A DNA stretch of 64,000 nt from Gammaproteobacteria bacterium (GCA_050485645.1 JBJHBT010000013.1:33821-97820), one strand, 5' to 3'. Shown: positions 36,109 through 46,488, counted from the first letter of the stretch. Translations and numbers: made by a program. The notes: generated by a model from the letters alone, not told the origin.

Positions 36109-36489
36109 TCAGATGCGATTGAAGATATTGATGACGCCGGTCAGTTCGAGAATCAGCAGCACGATGAACACTGCGCCCACGAGGGCGAGCAGGCCGGCAC
36201 CGGCGGGCAGCTCCTCGAGGTTGGCGGCCAGCAGCTGCAGTTCATGATCGGCCAGCGCTTCGACGCGAAGCATCGCGTCTTCCGCCGATACACCGTGCTT
36301 CTCCAGGCTGCGGCGCACGTCGTCGCGCACGAGCAGGGCGTCGATCCGCTGCAGGGTTTCCTGGCGGTCGAGCGCGTTCAGATAGTCGGTGGTGGTGATG
36401 ATGCCGGCGTGAGCCGATACCTGAACGCTGCCCAGTGCCACGCAGCTGAGCAGAACCAGCAGCGGGTTGAATCGGTTGCGACGTCGCAT
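36109..36489 (-). CDS. PA2779-family small exported, C-terminally anchored protein
   Basis: Signal peptide ...SVQVSAHA, a helical region of about 70 aa, PAGAG, then the TM segment LLALVGAVFIVLLILELTG and a short tail. It lies 7 nt upstream of the peptidase gene. Confidence 0.8.
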   Translation of the reverse strand: MRRRNRFNPLLVLLSCVALGSVQVSAHAGIITTTDYLNALDRQETLQRIDALLVRDDVRRSLEKHGVSAEDAMLRVEALADHELQLLAANLEELPAGAGLLALVGAVFIVLLILELTGVINIFNRI

Positions 36490-36623
36490 CGGAATCTCCT
36501 GTTACCGGACACACGCTGTATGACAGGAACATACCCGAGCACCACCGGCATTGCCAGTTGGGCGCTCGCGGACAGCCGCAGCGGCCACGGATCCTGCATC
36601 GTGTGCCGACGCGCAGGCCGGCA

Positions 36624-37145
36624 TCAGCGGCTTTGCGTGGCGGCCAGCAGTCGTTCGGCACGACTGGTCAGGGAACGATCGCCACCGGCCAGCGACAGGG
36701 CTCTGCGCGCCATCTCCGCGGCCTGCGGTGCGTCGCCGGAGGTCAGCCGGATCTCGCCCAGTTCCATCCACAGCCACGGATTGTCCGGGTCGATGCGCAA
36801 TGCGCGCTCGATGGATGCGGCGGCATCGTCCAGATGGCCGGATGCGCGTTCGCGGCGGCTCTGGTCCAGCAGCATGGCGCTGGCGGGTGACATCGGTGGC
36901 TGCGTGGAGGGTGCCATGTCCGCGCCCGGACGCCCGCCGCCGGTATCCGCGCCACGTTCATCGGCTCCGGGCTGTTCCACGGGAGGCGGCGCGCTGCGTG
37001 CGGGGGATGAGGGTGCTTCGGGGGCGCCGGTTTCGGCGGATGGCTGTTCGGTGGGTGCCCGCCGCGGTTCCACCGGCGGCAGCAGTGTGCAGCCGCCCAC
37101 CAGCAGAACGGTCAGTGCGATTGTCAGTCGTTGCGGCGCAGCCAT
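36624..37145 (-). CDS. Lipoprotein with a Pro-rich disordered linker plus TPR; candidate LpoP-type PBP1b activator
   Basis: Lipobox LLVGGC, a low-complexity P/A/E linker of about 80 aa, C-terminal TPR (IERALRIDPDNPWLWMELGEI). It overlaps the mrcB 3' end by 22 nt. Confidence 0.75.
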   Translation of the reverse strand: MAAPQRLTIALTVLLVGGCTLLPPVEPRRAPTEQPSAETGAPEAPSSPARSAPPPVEQPGADERGADTGGGRPGADMAPSTQPPMSPASAMLLDQSRRERASGHLDDAAASIERALRIDPDNPWLWMELGEIRLTSGDAPQAAEMARRALSLAGGDRSLTSRAERLLAATQSR

Positions 37146-39457
37146 TGGCGGATTCTACCGCCAAATCCCGTCGCCGATTCGCCGTCGCAGCCACGTGCGA
37201 CCGGCATGTTCGCTGCAACCGGTATCGGCACGGCAACGCCGTTGGCGCATCCGGGTGCCACCGGAAAGCCCGATCCGTAGTCGATCAATGTCTCCGCCAC
37301 GCCCGCTGGTGGGTTCGGCCGATACGGGCGCGGCACGAGTTCCGACATCAGTCGCGCCCAGACAATGCCGGCACCGGTGGCGCCGGTGAAGCCGGTTTCG
37401 CTGTTGTCGTCGGCACCGATCCAGGCGACGGCGCTGTAGTCACTGGAGAATCCGGCGAACCAGCTGTCCCGCAATCCGTCCGAGGTGCCGGTCTTGCCGG
37501 CCACACGCATCGACGCCGGCAGGCGACGCTGGATCGAGCGGCCGGTGCCGCGCTCCATCACCTGCACCATCGCACCGCCGAGCTGGTAGACGGCGGCCGC
37601 TTCGGCGCTCTGTGTGATTTCCAGCCGAAAGCGCTGCAGCACGCGGCCGTCTTCGTCCACCACCGCATCGACGGTGCGTAGCGGTGCACGGAAACCGCCG
37701 TTCGCCAGCGCGTTGTACAGCTCCGCGGTCTCCACCGGCGTCAGTTCCACGGCGCCCAGCAGCAGCGAAGGGTACAGCGGTGGCCGGCGTTCCAGCCCCA
37801 GCCGCTGCATGACGTCGGCAACGTTGTTCAGCCCCACGCGCATGCCCAGGTCTACCGTGGCTTGATTCAGCGATTCGGCCAGGGCACGGACCAGAGTGAC
37901 CTCGCCCAGGCTCTCGCCGCTGAAATTGCGCGGTGACCAGATGTCGCCGTTGGCGAGCCGGATGTCGATGGGTGCGTCGCTGGCGATGTCCGCGAGCGTG
38001 AATCCTGCCGACTCGAGCGCGGCAAGATAGACGAACGGCTTGACCAGCGAACCGATGGGACGACGTGCGTCCAGCGCACGATTGAAACCTTCAAAGCCCG
38101 CGCGGCGACCGCCCACCAGCGCCAGCACCTCGCCGCTGTGCGGACGGGTGACGACGACGGCGCCATCCAGTGTCGGGCCATCGCCGCGATCGGCCGGCTG
38201 GAGTTCGGCAAGTCCTTCCACGAGGGCACGCTGCGCGGCGGCCTGCACGGCCGGGTCCATCGCGGTGTAGATGCGCAGGCCGTCGCGGGCCAGGTCCGAT
38301 GCCGCGTAGTCGCGGCCCAGCTGACGACGCACCAGGTTCAGGTAGGCGGCATAGTAGCTGGCGCTGCGACCGGCCGGCGGCAGCACGTCCAGCGGTCGGG
38401 CGGTGGCGGTGGCAAGGCGCTCCTCCGGCACCAGCCCCTGATCCGCCATCAGTTCGAGCACCAGGTTGCGCCGCTCCAGCGCGCGTTCGGGGAAGCGGCG
38501 CGGATCGTAGTAGCCGGGTCCACGCAGCTGGGCGATCAGCAGCGCGATTTCGTGCAGCTCCAGCTCGGCCAGCGGCTTGCCGAAGTAGAACTGACTGGCC
38601 AGTCCGAAGCCGTGTATGGCACGCGAGCCGTCCTGGCCGAGATACACCTCGTTCAGATACGCGTGCATCAGCTCGTCCTTGCTGTAGCGGCGCTCCAGAG
38701 CGGTGGCCATCACCGCTTCGCGCAGCTTGCGGTCGAACGTGCGGTCGTTGTTGAGGAAATAGCTGCGCACCAGCTGCTGCGTCAGCGTACTGGCGCCCTG
38801 ACGTATCCGCCCCTGCGACAGGTTCACCATCGCGGCGCGCACGATGGCGCGCGGGTCCACACCGCGGTGTTGCAGGAAGCGCCGGTCTTCGACCGCCTGT
38901 ATTGCGTCGATGACCAGCGGTGGCACCTGTTCCGGCGCCAGGATGATGCGGTCTTCGCCATGTGCCGGGAACAGGCTGCCGATCAGCATGGGCTCAAGAC
39001 GCGCCAGCGCGATCGCGCTGCCATCGGTGGCGGTGACGGCGCTGATGCTGCGTCGGTCGAACTGCACGCGCAGCGACTGCGCGGCTTCGGCGCGGCCGGC
39101 GTGACCGAATGCGCGGATGTTGATGTGCACGCGGTTGCCATCCACGGCGTAGCGACCTGAACCGTTCAGTGCCGCACCGTCGGACTGCTCCCGGTAGCCC
39201 AGCCGGCGCAGTTCGCCAACCAGATCCACCTGTGCCAGCACGCGGCCCGCATACAGCTCCATCGGCGCCGCGTAGACCTGGGCCGGCACGTCCCAGCGTC
39301 GCGCCTCGAATTCCGTGGCGATGCGCGCACCCAGATGCAGCAGGTAGATGTATGCGACGCCGGCAATCACCAGCGACAGCATCAAGCCGGTCACAAACAG
39401 GCGCACGCGGCTGAGGCGCGCGGTGCGCCTGCGCGACTTTCGACGGCGACGGGTCAT
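37124..39457 (-). CDS. mrcB: Bifunctional class A penicillin-binding protein 1B
   Basis: N-terminal TM segment, UB2H-like insert, GT51 motif AVEDRRFLQHRGVD, transpeptidase SxxK (GSLVKP), KTGTS. Confidence 0.92.
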   Translation of the reverse strand: MTRRRRKSRRRTARLSRVRLFVTGLMLSLVIAGVAYIYLLHLGARIATEFEARRWDVPAQVYAAPMELYAGRVLAQVDLVGELRRLGYREQSDGAALNGSGRYAVDGNRVHINIRAFGHAGRAEAAQSLRVQFDRRSISAVTATDGSAIALARLEPMLIGSLFPAHGEDRIILAPEQVPPLVIDAIQAVEDRRFLQHRGVDPRAIVRAAMVNLSQGRIRQGASTLTQQLVRSYFLNNDRTFDRKLREAVMATALERRYSKDELMHAYLNEVYLGQDGSRAIHGFGLASQFYFGKPLAELELHEIALLIAQLRGPGYYDPRRFPERALERRNLVLELMADQGLVPEERLATATARPLDVLPPAGRSASYYAAYLNLVRRQLGRDYAASDLARDGLRIYTAMDPAVQAAAQRALVEGLAELQPADRGDGPTLDGAVVVTRPHSGEVLALVGGRRAGFEGFNRALDARRPIGSLVKPFVYLAALESAGFTLADIASDAPIDIRLANGDIWSPRNFSGESLGEVTLVRALAESLNQATVDLGMRVGLNNVADVMQRLGLERRPPLYPSLLLGAVELTPVETAELYNALANGGFRAPLRTVDAVVDEDGRVLQRFRLEITQSAEAAAVYQLGGAMVQVMERGTGRSIQRRLPASMRVAGKTGTSDGLRDSWFAGFSSDYSAVAWIGADDNSETGFTGATGAGIVWARLMSELVPRPYRPNPPAGVAETLIDYGSGFPVAPGCANGVAVPIPVAANMPVARGCDGESATGFGGRIRQWLRRND

Positions 39458-39503
39458 GCGGGCAGTCTGTAACCGCGTATCGGTGGCGTCAACGTGAGTG
39501 TCA

Positions 39504-42362
39504 TCAACGTGAGCGGATCAGATCCTGAAGCCGGTCGGTGATGCGCCGTTCCGCCTCGCGACGCAGCGCCCGTTCGATAATGGCGCTGTAGTCCGGTGCG
39601 ATTTCCGGATCGGTTACCACGCCGCGCACACGCAGCGGAATGGATTCGCCGATCAGTCCGTCCATGGTCTCGCAGTTGCGGATGCCCACCGGTCCGCTCA
39701 GGCGCGCCTCGAGCTGATAGTCCAGATGCTGCTCGGTCAATGCCAGGCGCCCGCTGCCATTGACCGTCATGAAGGATGCCCGGCCGAGCAGGTCGGGCGT
39801 ATGCGCCACACCGTCGCGCACTTCGGCGCTGCCCTGGATCACCTCGAAGCGGGTTTCGCGCGGCAGATCGGAAGGCGGTGCCGGTGCGCGCTGCAGTACG
39901 TTGTAGGCCACGCACAGGCCGCGCCCGAGGTTGAAGCCTTCGATGGCGCCGTTCGTCAGCGAAAAGCTCGCCCGGCCCTGGGCGGTCTGTACGTTGTCGG
40001 CGATCTTCGCGCCGCGACCGGTGAGATCCAGTTCGAAGCCGCCGGTGCCGCTGAGGTTCGCATCGCCGGTGAGCGCCACGATCAGTGGCCGCATCGCCAG
40101 GTTCGATGCGCGGCCGCTGAGGGTCATCGACGGCACCGTGCCGGTGATGTCCACGCCGAAGGCGCCATTGAATTCGCCGCCATAAAGGCGCGCCCGCGCG
40201 TCGTACAGGCGTGCACGCCCGCCGCCGATTTCCAGACGCGTGGCTATCTCCTGGAACTGCATGCCGGCCAACGCCAGCGAACCGATTTCCAGGCTGCCGG
40301 ACAGGCGCAGCGTGTTGAAGGCGTCGACTTCCAGTTCCAGGTCGCCGGCCGTCATTTCGCCTTCGTCCACCTCGCTGGCGCGCGGTGGCAGATAACGGTC
40401 GGCATCCACCTGGTCAATGGCCAGCGTGAACAGATAGGCGGGATTGTCGAAACCGTCCACGGTGAGGCTGCCGGTGATGCGGCTGTCGTCCAGCACCAGT
40501 TCGATGTTCTCGAACCGTCCGCGTTCGGCGTTAACGTTGAAATTCGCGCGCGCGCGGGCGCGCGTCAGCGCGGAAGGATCGGAGGTCTCCGGCGCGAGCA
40601 GTGCAAAGCGGTTCAGCAGATCGCCGGGAGAGAACGGCTGAATCTCGGCGTCGCCGGCCCACAAGGCGTTGCCGGACACGGCGGTGCCATTGATGCGGCC
40701 ACTGCCGTTGAGGCCGAACGCTTCCAGGTGCAGCGGGTCCAGCGTCACCGTATCGGCGCCGGTGTCGATCACGAAGCGGGTATCCAAGCGCATCATGCCC
40801 AGATCGCCCGGCTGCAGGCCATCCGGCAGCCAGGCGGCAAAGGCGGTCGCGAAGCCTTCCGGCGGAAAGCGCGATGTCTCGATCTGTCCGCGCATGACCT
40901 GTCCGGCGCCGCCCGGTGCGATGTCCACCTGTCCGGTGAGCGTGCCCTCCAGCAGCGTGGCGCGCAGATCACGGATCGCGGTACGGCCGGCCGACAGATC
41001 GGAATCGATATTCGCGCTCAGCGCCACGCGACCGAAGGCGTTCAGGTCCACGTCGTCAGGCACGTAGGTGCGCACGATGCCCAGCAGCGTCGCGTTCGGT
41101 GTGAATTCCGGAATGTCGATGCGGCCGCGGTAGCGGTTGAATTCATCGATCCGCATCTCGCCGCGAATACGGCTGCCCAGTGCGCTGGCGTCGAGATTTT
41201 CGAGCGTCAGCCGTTGCGCACCCGTCTCGAATGCGAAGCCGGTGTGGACGGTGAAGTTGCCCAGCGATGCGGCCGTCGTGCCGGCCGGCAAAGGCTCGTT
41301 CAGCAATGTGAACACCCGCGCCAGCGGCGATTCCGACACGCTCACCGTGCCGCGCACGTCGGGCGCGGTGAGTTCGCCGTCGATCTGCAGCTGCCAGGCG
41401 GCACTGATGCCGGCGGTTTCGGTGCGCAGGTTCTCCACGGCAACCGATGAACCGTTGGCACCGAGTGTCGCCGCGCTGAAGCGTACCGTGGCCTCCAGTT
41501 CCGGTGGCGCGCCTTCGATGGCGCGCGCGGTGCCGGTGAGCGTCGTTTCGCCCAGGGTGATCGTGCCGTCTTCCGCTCGCGCGAAACTGGCCAGATCCAG
41601 GCGGCCGTCGGCGCGTTCGGGGTGGGTTGTGTCGGCAAAGCGGAACTCGAGCCGCACATCGCTGGCCGCGACCGCGCTCGCGCTGCGTATCTCGGCCGTG
41701 CCGCGCCCGGACAGGCGCACGCCATGGTCGGCGGCCACATCCCGCGCATGCAGACTGAACTGAAGTGCGATGGGTTCACCGATGGCGATCGCGCCGCTTT
41801 CCACGTCCAGTTCGGTGATCGTGTAGCGCGTTTCGGTGACGTTCTCGCGCCACGTGAGTCGGCCGTTGCGCACGCGAAAGCCTTCCACATCGAGGCTGTC
41901 GATCGTGAAGCCGTCGTCCGTGGCCGTGGCCGGTGTGGTGTCCGCCGGCGCTGCCTCGGCCTGACGGAGCAGATCCTCCCAGTTGTTGCGGCCGTCGTCG
42001 GTGGTGGCCAGGTTCAGGGTCAGGCCATCGAGAATCACGGTGCCCACTTCAATCTGACGACGCAGCAGCGGCATCAGCTTGACGCGGATCTCAACGCGTT
42101 CGGCGCTCAGGAAGGGTTCGTCGCCGAAGTCGGGGGCATTGCCCAGAACGATGCCGCCGGTTTCCACCGCCAGCCATGGGAAGTAGCTGAGTTCCAGGTC
42201 CTGGTCGATGCGGAACGCCCTGCCGGTGCGCTGCTCCACCCAGTCGGCCAGATGGCCCTTGTAGGCGTTGGGGTCGAAGGTCCATGCGACCACCAGGGCG
42301 GCGATGACCAGCAAGGCGAGGAGGGCGACCACGGTCGCGGCAACGATCCTGAAGATTTTCAC
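39504..42362 (-). CDS. AsmA-family outer-membrane biogenesis protein
   Basis: 952 aa. N-terminal anchor plus FDPNAYKGHLADWVEQRTGRAFRIDQDLELSYFPWL. C-terminal AsmA_2-like block ...TVNGSGRLAL...PLRVRG. Confidence 0.88.
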   Translation of the reverse strand: MKIFRIVAATVVALLALLVIAALVVAWTFDPNAYKGHLADWVEQRTGRAFRIDQDLELSYFPWLAVETGGIVLGNAPDFGDEPFLSAERVEIRVKLMPLLRRQIEVGTVILDGLTLNLATTDDGRNNWEDLLRQAEAAPADTTPATATDDGFTIDSLDVEGFRVRNGRLTWRENVTETRYTITELDVESGAIAIGEPIALQFSLHARDVAADHGVRLSGRGTAEIRSASAVAASDVRLEFRFADTTHPERADGRLDLASFARAEDGTITLGETTLTGTARAIEGAPPELEATVRFSAATLGANGSSVAVENLRTETAGISAAWQLQIDGELTAPDVRGTVSVSESPLARVFTLLNEPLPAGTTAASLGNFTVHTGFAFETGAQRLTLENLDASALGSRIRGEMRIDEFNRYRGRIDIPEFTPNATLLGIVRTYVPDDVDLNAFGRVALSANIDSDLSAGRTAIRDLRATLLEGTLTGQVDIAPGGAGQVMRGQIETSRFPPEGFATAFAAWLPDGLQPGDLGMMRLDTRFVIDTGADTVTLDPLHLEAFGLNGSGRINGTAVSGNALWAGDAEIQPFSPGDLLNRFALLAPETSDPSALTRARARANFNVNAERGRFENIELVLDDSRITGSLTVDGFDNPAYLFTLAIDQVDADRYLPPRASEVDEGEMTAGDLELEVDAFNTLRLSGSLEIGSLALAGMQFQEIATRLEIGGGRARLYDARARLYGGEFNGAFGVDITGTVPSMTLSGRASNLAMRPLIVALTGDANLSGTGGFELDLTGRGAKIADNVQTAQGRASFSLTNGAIEGFNLGRGLCVAYNVLQRAPAPPSDLPRETRFEVIQGSAEVRDGVAHTPDLLGRASFMTVNGSGRLALTEQHLDYQLEARLSGPVGIRNCETMDGLIGESIPLRVRGVVTDPEIAPDYSAIIERALRREAERRITDRLQDLIRSR

Positions 42363-42563
42363 GGCGAGCAGCTCTCCGCAGTTGGCACCGATATCGGCCG
42401 GTCATATCGTTGCGCCTGTTACCAGCAAAGACAAGCGGCATCGTGGCAGGTTCCGCAGGGCGGCTGCGCGGCCGGCCGCTGAACGGTAGAATACCCGCCC
42501 ACGTCTGAAGCGCAGGCACGCGGCAGGCCGCGGGCCCGCTCCCTGAAACGGTCAGGAAACAGC

Positions 42564-43580
42564 ATGAATTACACGAACCTCGGCCGCACCGGCGTCAAGG
42601 TCAGCCCGCTTTGTCTGGGCACGATGATGTTCGGTCGCAGCACGCAGGAGCGTGACGCCGTGGCCATCGTCGACCATGCGCTGGAGCAGGGCATCAATTT
42701 CGTCGACACCGCCAATGCCTATTCGGCCGGTGAGTGCGAAAGCATCGTCGGCCGCGCGCTGGCGACGGACGGCCGCCGCCAGCGCGTGGTGCTCGCCACC
42801 AAGGCCTTCCTGCCGGTCAGCACCCTCGATCCGAACGGACGCGGACTGAGCCGCCGACATCTGATACAGGCCTGCGAGGCGTCGCTGCAACGGCTGCAGA
42901 CCGACTGGATCGATCTTTACCAGCTGCACCGTCCGCAGGCCGACATCCCCATCGACGAAACCCTGCGCGCGCTGGACGACCTGATCCGCGCCGGCAAGAT
43001 CCGCTACATCGGCACCAGCATGTTTCCGGCGTGGAAGCTTGTCGAGGCGTTGTGGGTGTCGAAGGAGCTCGGGCTGAACCGCTTCGTCTGCGATCAGTCC
43101 ACCTACCATCTGCTCGATCGCACCGCCGAGCGCGAACTGCTGCCGGCGGCCATCAGCTTCGGTGTCGCCATGATCCCATGGGGGCCGCTGTGCGGCGGAC
43201 TGCTCTCCGGCAAGTATCGTCGCAATGAAATGGACGTGGAGGGCCGCTGGCAGGGTGGTCACGACAACTTCGATCGACCCGTCGCGCCGGGTGCGTTCGA
43301 TGTCATCGAACGCCTCGTCGCGGTGGCCGCCGACAAGGGCTGTACACCATCGCAGCTGGCGCTGGCCTGGAATGCGGCACAGCCGGGCGTCACCGCACCC
43401 ATCATCGGACCGCGCACGCTGGAGCAGCTCATCGACAACCTCGGCGCGCTGTCGGTCCGCGTGACGGACGAGGATAGCGCGCGACTCGACGAAGTCGCGC
43501 CACCTATGAGCGCCACCATGCGCTACTACGATGCGGCCATGTCCGTGGACTTTCGCCCCAACACCGCCCGCGTTTTCTGA
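42564..43580 (+). CDS. Aldo/keto reductase
   Basis: MNYTNLGRTGVKVSPLCLGTMMFG, INFVDTANAYS, IDLYQLHRP, IRYIGTS. Confidence 0.92.
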   Translation: MNYTNLGRTGVKVSPLCLGTMMFGRSTQERDAVAIVDHALEQGINFVDTANAYSAGECESIVGRALATDGRRQRVVLATKAFLPVSTLDPNGRGLSRRHLIQACEASLQRLQTDWIDLYQLHRPQADIPIDETLRALDDLIRAGKIRYIGTSMFPAWKLVEALWVSKELGLNRFVCDQSTYHLLDRTAERELLPAAISFGVAMIPWGPLCGGLLSGKYRRNEMDVEGRWQGGHDNFDRPVAPGAFDVIERLVAVAADKGCTPSQLALAWNAAQPGVTAPIIGPRTLEQLIDNLGALSVRVTDEDSARLDEVAPPMSATMRYYDAAMSVDFRPNTARVF

Positions 43581-43609
43581 CGCGCGCCCACTCATCAGGA
43601 AACGCCAGA

Positions 43610-45202
43610 ATGACCCGTCTGTCCCGACTCAGCTCAACCCGTCCCATCGACCCGACCATGCCGCGCTACGAGAGCGTGGTGCACATGTTTGATGCTGCGG
43701 TGAGGCAGGCGCCGGACATCACCGCGGTGATTTTCGAAGACCGCAGCTTCACCTACCGACAGTTCGGTCATGCGGTGGCCGGGCTCACCGCGCTGCTGCG
43801 CCGGCACGACGTGACCGGCCATCGCGTTGCGCTGATGATGGCGAACTCCTTCGAAACCGACGTCGCCCTCATGGCCGTCATGGCAGCGAATGCGCAGGTG
43901 GCACCGATCAACCCGTTCTTCGTGGAACACGAACTGGTCCGTGTGCTCGCCACCGTGGCGCCGAAGCTGATCATCTGCGACCCGGCGCTCGAGGAAAAGG
44001 CCAGGGCGGTGGCCGGCAGGCTGGGTGTGGACGACGTGATCGTGCTTGGCGCCGGAGGCGTGACGCTCGATGCGTGGCTGGATGATGACGGTCTGGCGCT
44101 CGACGAAAGCACGTTTCCGCATGCCGATGATCTGGCACTGATGATTTTCACCGGCGGCTCCACCGGGGTGCCCAAGGGCGTGAACCACACACATCGCACG
44201 CTGGACTGGCAATGCCTGCAGCACTGCACCGTCTGGCCGCCGGAGTTTGAGCAGGAGCGTTTTCTCAACGTATCGCCGATGTTCCACATCTGGGGGCTGA
44301 CCTACGCCACCTGGGTGCCGATTTACGCGCGCAGCACACTGGTGATCCTGCCGCGCTATGAACCCGACCGCGTCGTCGAGGCGTTGGGGCGCTACAGGAT
44401 CACGATCTTCAGCGGCGGGCCGGCGCCGATCTACATGGGGCTGCTGGCGAGTCCGGAATTCGAGCGCGCGGATCTGTCGGCGCTGAAATACTGCCCGTCC
44501 GGCGGGGCACCCTGTCCGGAGGATCTGCACCGTGAGTGGCTCAGGCGTACCGGCTGTCCGCTGCTGGAAGGCTGGGGGATGTCGGAGGGCGCGCCGTTCT
44601 GCATCAATCCGCTGTCGGCGGAGCGCAAGGTGCTGTCGGTGGGTCACCCGGTGCCTGAAACCACCATCGAGGTCGTGGACCTGGAGGAGGGTACGCAGGT
44701 GCTGCCGATCGGGGAGGCCGGCGAGGTGCGTGTGCACGGCCCGCAGCTGATGATCGGTTATCACAATAACCCGGAGGAGACGCGGCTCGCATTGCGCGAC
44801 GGGTGGATGTATACGGGAGACATCGGCTACGTGGACGAGGACGGCTTTCTGTTCCTTGTCGATCGCAAGAAAGATATGGTGATCGTCGGCGGCTACAATG
44901 TGTATCCGCGCGAAATCGATGAAGTACTGTTCAATCACCCGAAGATTCGCGAGGCGGCCACGGTGGGCAAACCCGATCCGCGTCTGGGTGAGGTGCTCGT
45001 GGCATTTGTGGTGCTGAACCGCGATGCGACACTGAGCGAAGAGGAATTTTTCGCCTACTGCAAGAGTCAGATGGTGAAATACAAGCGGCCGGTGGAAGTG
45101 TACTTCGTCGATGCGCTACCCAAGACCGGTGCCAACAAGATCAACCGCCTCGCGCTACGCGATCGGCTGACGGCAATGATGAACTCAAAAATATCTGCGT
45201 AA
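43610..45202 (+). CDS. AMP-dependent acyl-CoA synthetase/ligase
   Basis: AMP-binding motif IFTGGSTGVPKGV, YTGDIGYVDEDGFLFLVDRKKDM, GANKINR. Alternative start ATG 43658. Confidence 0.9.
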   Translation: MTRLSRLSSTRPIDPTMPRYESVVHMFDAAVRQAPDITAVIFEDRSFTYRQFGHAVAGLTALLRRHDVTGHRVALMMANSFETDVALMAVMAANAQVAPINPFFVEHELVRVLATVAPKLIICDPALEEKARAVAGRLGVDDVIVLGAGGVTLDAWLDDDGLALDESTFPHADDLALMIFTGGSTGVPKGVNHTHRTLDWQCLQHCTVWPPEFEQERFLNVSPMFHIWGLTYATWVPIYARSTLVILPRYEPDRVVEALGRYRITIFSGGPAPIYMGLLASPEFERADLSALKYCPSGGAPCPEDLHREWLRRTGCPLLEGWGMSEGAPFCINPLSAERKVLSVGHPVPETTIEVVDLEEGTQVLPIGEAGEVRVHGPQLMIGYHNNPEETRLALRDGWMYTGDIGYVDEDGFLFLVDRKKDMVIVGGYNVYPREIDEVLFNHPKIREAATVGKPDPRLGEVLVAFVVLNRDATLSEEEFFAYCKSQMVKYKRPVEVYFVDALPKTGANKINRLALRDRLTAMMNSKISA

Positions 45203-45214
45203 GGAGCAGTTTTA

Positions 45215-46477
45215 ATGAAGAAGCGATTACTGGGGGGGGCGGCCGTGCTGGCGGCCGCAATGACAATCGGCCACGGCGCACTGGCGCAGCCGCCGGGGCC
45301 GCAGACGCTGCTGCCCACTCATGACGAACCGCTGGAGCTGGCCGTGGGTGGCGGCAATCGCGTGCGTCTGGTGCTGGTGGCCGATGGGCTGGTGGGTCCA
45401 TGGGACATGGCTTTCCTGCCCGGCGGTGACATGCTGGTGACCGAGATGAATGGTCGCCTGCGCATCATCCGCGACGGCGCGCTGGTGCCCGAGGTGGTGT
45501 GGCAGTCGCCATCGCCCGCCGGCAATGACGTGCTGCACGGCGTGGTGATCCATCCGGACTTCGAGAACAACGGCTTCGTCTACGCCGCGTACGCAAAGGG
45601 CCGGGAAGACGGCGAGCGTACCGTGGCCGTGTCGCGCGGCCGGTTGCAGGGCAATCAGCTGGTGGACGTGCAGGAGATATTCGTTGCTGATGCATGGGAG
45701 AACGCCGCCAACGCCATTGCCGGACGGATGATTTTCGATACGCCCACTACCTTTCTGCTGACCATCGGTGATCGCGATCGTCTCTGCTGTGGTGCGGAGG
45801 ATGACAACAGCATCCGCATCCAGGCCCAGGATCTGTCCAATCATGTGGGCAAAATTCTGCGCATCAGCGAAGACGGCAGCATTCCGTCGGACAATCCGTT
45901 CGTGGGTACCGAAGGCGCGAGCCCGGCGATCTATTCCTACGGACATCGCAATGCCTACGGGTTCGCGCGTCACCCGGAGAGCGACGAGCTGTGGGTGGTC
46001 GATATCGGCCCGATGGGTGGTGACAAGGTCGACATTCTCAAGCCCGGCGCCAACTACGGCTGGCCGTTGACGAACATGGGCCGCAACTATTCCGGCACGC
46101 TGGTTTCGGATCAGCCGTATCACCGCCCGGGCATGGAACTGCCGCGCATCTACTGGGTGCCGGCGATCACGCCCGCGAGCATCGAGTTCTATACCGGCGA
46201 CCGGTTCCCGCAATGGCAGGGCAGCCTGTTCGTCGGCGCGCTCAGTGGCCAGCAGCTGCAACGCATCGATTTCGGGGGCGGACAGTCCGAACGCCGCACG
46301 CCGATGCTCACGGAACTGGGCGTGCGCTTCCGCGACGTGCAGCAGGGACCGGATGGCTACATCTATCTGGCCACCGAAATGCGCTACGGTAGCGGTCAGC
46401 CGGATGGCACCATCATGCGCATGGAACCGTTGCCAAGAGCCGGCGGCGGCCCCGGTGGTCCTGGCGGCCCGCGATAA
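45215..46477 (+). CDS. PQQ-dependent sugar dehydrogenase (second paralogue)
   Basis: Signal peptide. WDMAFLPGGD, YSYGHRNAYGF, GPMGGDKVDILKPGANYGWP. Gly/Pro-rich tail. Confidence 0.88.
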   Translation: MKKRLLGGAAVLAAAMTIGHGALAQPPGPQTLLPTHDEPLELAVGGGNRVRLVLVADGLVGPWDMAFLPGGDMLVTEMNGRLRIIRDGALVPEVVWQSPSPAGNDVLHGVVIHPDFENNGFVYAAYAKGREDGERTVAVSRGRLQGNQLVDVQEIFVADAWENAANAIAGRMIFDTPTTFLLTIGDRDRLCCGAEDDNSIRIQAQDLSNHVGKILRISEDGSIPSDNPFVGTEGASPAIYSYGHRNAYGFARHPESDELWVVDIGPMGGDKVDILKPGANYGWPLTNMGRNYSGTLVSDQPYHRPGMELPRIYWVPAITPASIEFYTGDRFPQWQGSLFVGALSGQQLQRIDFGGGQSERRTPMLTELGVRFRDVQQGPDGYIYLATEMRYGSGQPDGTIMRMEPLPRAGGGPGGPGGPR

Positions 46478-46488
46478 CAGGACAAGCA

